DNA from: Thermoanaerobaculia bacterium
GTDB taxonomy: Bacteria > Acidobacteriota > Thermoanaerobaculia > Multivoradales > JAHEKO01
Direction: 5' to 3'
Length of the DNA stretch: 44,008 nucleotides
Assembly: GCA_041394745.1 (NCBI GenBank)
Contig: JAWKHP010000027.1
Location: 1-44,008 of the forward strand
The stretch's first letter is position 1; each line of letters starts with the position of its first letter. The position numbers and the translations under genes were made by a program. The notes under the pieces were generated by a model that had not been told where the DNA came from, did not search any database, and saw only the letters and a program-made list of their open reading frames with translations. Shown here piece by piece: positions 40,891 through 44,008 of the stretch.

Positions 40891-43714
40891 ATGGAACCTG
40901 CTTCGCTCTTCGCCGACTCCGAGGTCTCCGTGCGCCCCGACAACGCCCCTCAGACGCCGCCCCGCCGCCGCACCCTGGTGCTGCTGGCGGCCGTGCTGCT
41001 GGGGGCGGTGATCGCGTTCGCCGGCTCGATCAGCTCCTACCGCAAGGTCCAGAGCTTCCAGCCCCTCGGCTTCCTGGCCGAGCCCGGACCCGGACACTGG
41101 GTGGTCGTGGAGGTGACACGGAGCGGCCTCCCCCTCCAGCAGGGGGACTGGATCCTCGACGTCAACGGCCAGCCGGCGGGCGAGGTGGCGAGCCTGGGGG
41201 AGACCCTGCGGTCGCGGCGGGAGAGCCAGCTCTCGGTGCTGCGCGGCGACGCCGTGCTCCCCGCGGTCGTCTATCAGCTACCGCCGCTCGAGATCGACGC
41301 CTCCTACCTGATCCTGGCCCTGATCGGCGCCGGGTACCTCGTCATCGGCTTCTACACGCTGCTCCAGGACCAGCGGCGCGCGGCGATCCTCTTCTGTCTC
41401 CTGGTGCCTGACCTCGGCCCTGGTCTACGTGGTCTCGCCCGCCGACCTCCTCTCGCCGATCGATCGCACGCTCTACGGGCTGGAGACGATCGCGCGGATC
41501 CTGCTGGCGCCGCTCACGCTGCATCTGTTCCTCATCTTCCCGCGGCCGATCCGCCACGCCCGGTGGGTGGTGCCGTTCGTCTACCTCCCCGCCGCCCTGC
41601 TGCTCTTCGGCGAGGCCGACGCGATGCTCTGGGACGGCAAGGTCCTGTGGAGTCGCGAGCTGGCCAGCGCCATCCCGCTGCTCGAGGTCCTGGAGCTCTA
41701 CCACCTCGTGCTCATGGCGCTGCTCGCGGCAGGACTGCTCGCCTGGCGGCTCCTGCGCAAGATGCACCCGGAGCCCCTGCGGCAGGCGACCTGGCTGGCC
41801 CTCGGGCTGGCGGGTGGCTACCTGCCGTTCCTCGGTCTCTACCTGCTGCCCCGCACCCTCGGCAACGAGCCCGGGGCTCTGCAGAACGCGTTGGCGGTCA
41901 TGCCCCTGGCCCTGGTGCCCCTCACCTTCGCCTACGCCATCCTGCGCTACCGGCTCTGGGACATCGGTGCCCTGGTGCGCAGCTCGGTGTCGCTGACGCT
42001 GACCGTGCTGGTCGGCGTCATCGGGTTCTCGCTCGCCAGCCTGGTCGTGACGCGGGTGCTGCCGGAGGACCTGCAGACGGCGCGCACCATGCTTTCGTTC
42101 GTCTCCGGCGTGACGATCGCCGGCCTGATGATCCCGACGCGCCGGCGCATCGACCGGTCGCTCGAACGCATCCAGTACGGCAGCGCCTTCCGCCAGCGCC
42201 GCTCGCTCGCCGACTTCGGCCGCGACCTCCTGCGCGAGCGCGACCTGGGACGGCTCTCCGAGATGCTGCTCGGTCAGCTCGAGGACACCTTCGACCTCAC
42301 CTGCTCGAATCTCCTGCTGCTCACCGAACAGGGCCTCGTCGCCCTGCGTGACGAGCCCGGGCTGAGCGGCACCCTTCCCGAGCAGGCCCTCGGCGCGGAC
42401 TTCTGGGACCGTGACGTGCGGCCGCTCTCCGGTGTCGAGCTCTCCACCGAGAGCTCCACGCCGCAGCGGCGTCTCTTCACCAGCGGGTACCGCTACGCCA
42501 TGCCGCTGCGCGTGCGTGAGGCCCGTCTCGGCGTCGTGGTCCTCGGCTACAAGGCGGAGGAGGTTCCGCTCTCGAGCGACGATCTGGACCTCATCCGCAA
42601 CCTCCTCAACCAGGTCTCGTTGGCGGTCGAGAACGCCCAGCTCCTGGACGAGGTCAAGGAAAGGCTGGACGAGGTCAGCCGCCTGCAGCACTACTCGCAG
42701 GAGATCCTCGCCTCCTCGCCCGCCGGCCTGGTCGTGCTCGAGCGCGACGGCAGGATCGAGTCCGTCAACTCGGCCTTCGCCCGTCTCGTCGGCCTCGACG
42801 AGACGGTCCTCGTCGGCCGGCGCCTCGGCGATCTGCTGCCCGTCGAGCCCCTGCCGGCGCCGAGTGACGGGCTGCGCGAGGTGAGCCTCCAGGACGTCAC
42901 GGGGCAGACCCGGCATCTGCAGGTGTCGGTCGCCCGACTCGCGGAGGAGCCCGGCGGCGCACGCCGGGTCGTGGCGATCAGCGACGTCACCGAGAGGGTC
43001 GAGATGGAGAACGCGCTCAAGGAGCGTGAGCGGCTGGCCTCGCTGGGCATGCTCGCCGCCGGCGTCGCGCACGAGGTGAACACGCCGCTGACCGGCATCT
43101 CCAGCTACGCTCAGATGCTGCTCGCCGACATGCCGACGGACGATCCGCGGCGACCGGTGCTCGAGAAGATGGAGCGGCAGACCTTCCGCGCTTCGAGGAT
43201 CGTCGGCAACCTGCTGGAGTTCTCGCGCGAGCGACCCGGCGGGAGCGACCGGATCGACCTCGTCACGGTCCTCGACGAGACGCTCGAGCTGCTCGAAGAG
43301 CGCATCCGGCAGAAGGCCGTGGCCGTGCGCTGGGCGAGCTCCCGGGAGCCGGCCCCCGTCGAGGGCAACGACAGCGAGCTGCAGCAGGTGTTCACCAACC
43401 TGGTGCTCAACGCCGTCGACGCCATGAGCGGCAACGGCGGCGGCACTCTGACCCTGTCGATCGACGGTGACGACACCTGGGTTCGCACGACGGTCGGCGA
43501 TGACGGACCGGGCATCCCCGCCGACCGTCTCGAGGAGATCTTCAAGCCCTTCGTCTCCACGAAGGTCAGCTCCGGCGGCACCGGGCTGGGCCTGGCCATC
43601 AGTCGCAGCATCGTGCGCCGCCACGGCGGTGAGATCCGGGTCTCGAGCGAGCCGGGCGAAGGCTGTCGCTTCGTCGTCGAGCTGCCGCGACCCACCGAGG
43701 GCGCGGCGCCGTGA
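40891..43714 (+). CDS. Sensor histidine kinase: N-terminal PDZ-like domain, multi-TM (7TMR-DISM-like) region, PAS, HisKA, HATPase_c. One frameshift near 41410
   Basis: H-box HEVNTPLTGISSYAQML and G2 box GTGLGLAISRSIVRRHGG. The frame changes between ...AILFCLLV and CLTSALVYVVSPADLL... (ctcctggtgcctgacc). Its stop overlaps the start of the response regulator. Confidence 0.7.
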
Positions 43715-44008
43715 ACGTCCTGATCGTCGACGACGAGGAGGTCCTGCAAGACGTCCTCGTTTCGCTGCTCGAGAAGGAGGGCTACAAGCCGTTCACGGCC
43801 CGCACCGGCGAGGAGGGTCTCTCCATCCTGCGGCGCGAGGACATCGATCTCGTGCTCCTCGACCTGATGCTCCCGGGCATGTCGGGACAGGACGTGCTGC
43901 GGCAGATCGGTCAGGAGGACCCGGACCAGATCGTCGTCGTCATCACCGACTACTCGTCGGTGGAGAGCGCCATCCGCGCCATGCGCGAGGGCGCCTTCGA
44001 CTACATCC
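43711..44008 (+). CDS. Response regulator receiver domain (likely NtrC-family); 3' end beyond window
   Basis: VLIVDDEEVLQDVLVSLLEKEGY...DLVLLDLMLPGMSG. GTG start overlaps the kinase stop (GTGA). Confidence 0.85.
   Translation, partial: MNVLIVDDEEVLQDVLVSLLEKEGYKPFTARTGEEGLSILRREDIDLVLLDLMLPGMSGQDVLRQIGQEDPDQIVVVITDYSSVESAIRAMREGAFDYI

Overview
High-GC (~70%) bacterial chromosomal window; gene content suggests Acidobacteria, Gemmatimonadota or Myxococcota. I could not run any search; all calls come from reading both strands by eye. Most long ORFs in the six-frame track are antisense or frame artefacts of high GC (37..3363 +, 5676..9818 -, 26720..29110 +, 32846..36385 -, 36139..38697 +). Supported content, in order: (1) a large kinase/Zn-ribbon/cyclase/AAA/TPR signalling protein running off the 5' edge (minus strand). 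(2) A minus-strand cluster of secreted hydrolase-like genes (AlkP-family, DUF1800, DUF1501, tandem-DUF3592 membrane protein, small protein, alpha/beta hydrolase). DUF1800 and DUF1501 are both broken by several frameshifts, and DUF1800 carries a tandem duplication. (3) Patatin-like lipase, MscS channel, diheme cytochrome c. (4) tRNA-Ala(GGC) followed by a ~5 kb lower-GC stretch of gene remnants: integrase-like fragment, frameshifted DUF4065 (Panacea/SocA-like) antitoxin with a RelE/ParE-like toxin, IS3-like fragment, membrane glycosyltransferase-like remnant. This looks like a decayed integrated island. (5) Two alpha/beta hydrolases, a TGAAT-repeat secreted protein, two tandem aberrant tRNA-like genes, SPFH/band-7, SnoaL-like, and FG-GAP repeat proteins. 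(6) A MacAB-like efflux operon (adaptor, two FtsX permeases, ATPase), SGNH hydrolase, a heavily frameshifted amidohydrolase, TonB-dependent receptor, HflX, OM beta-barrel, ComF, a CarbopepD_reg outer-membrane protein, and a sensor kinase/response regulator pair. The most pervasive signal is 1-nt homopolymer indels concentrated in a subset of genes; these are either real pseudogenes or uncorrected assembly errors. No CRISPR array or rRNA was seen.
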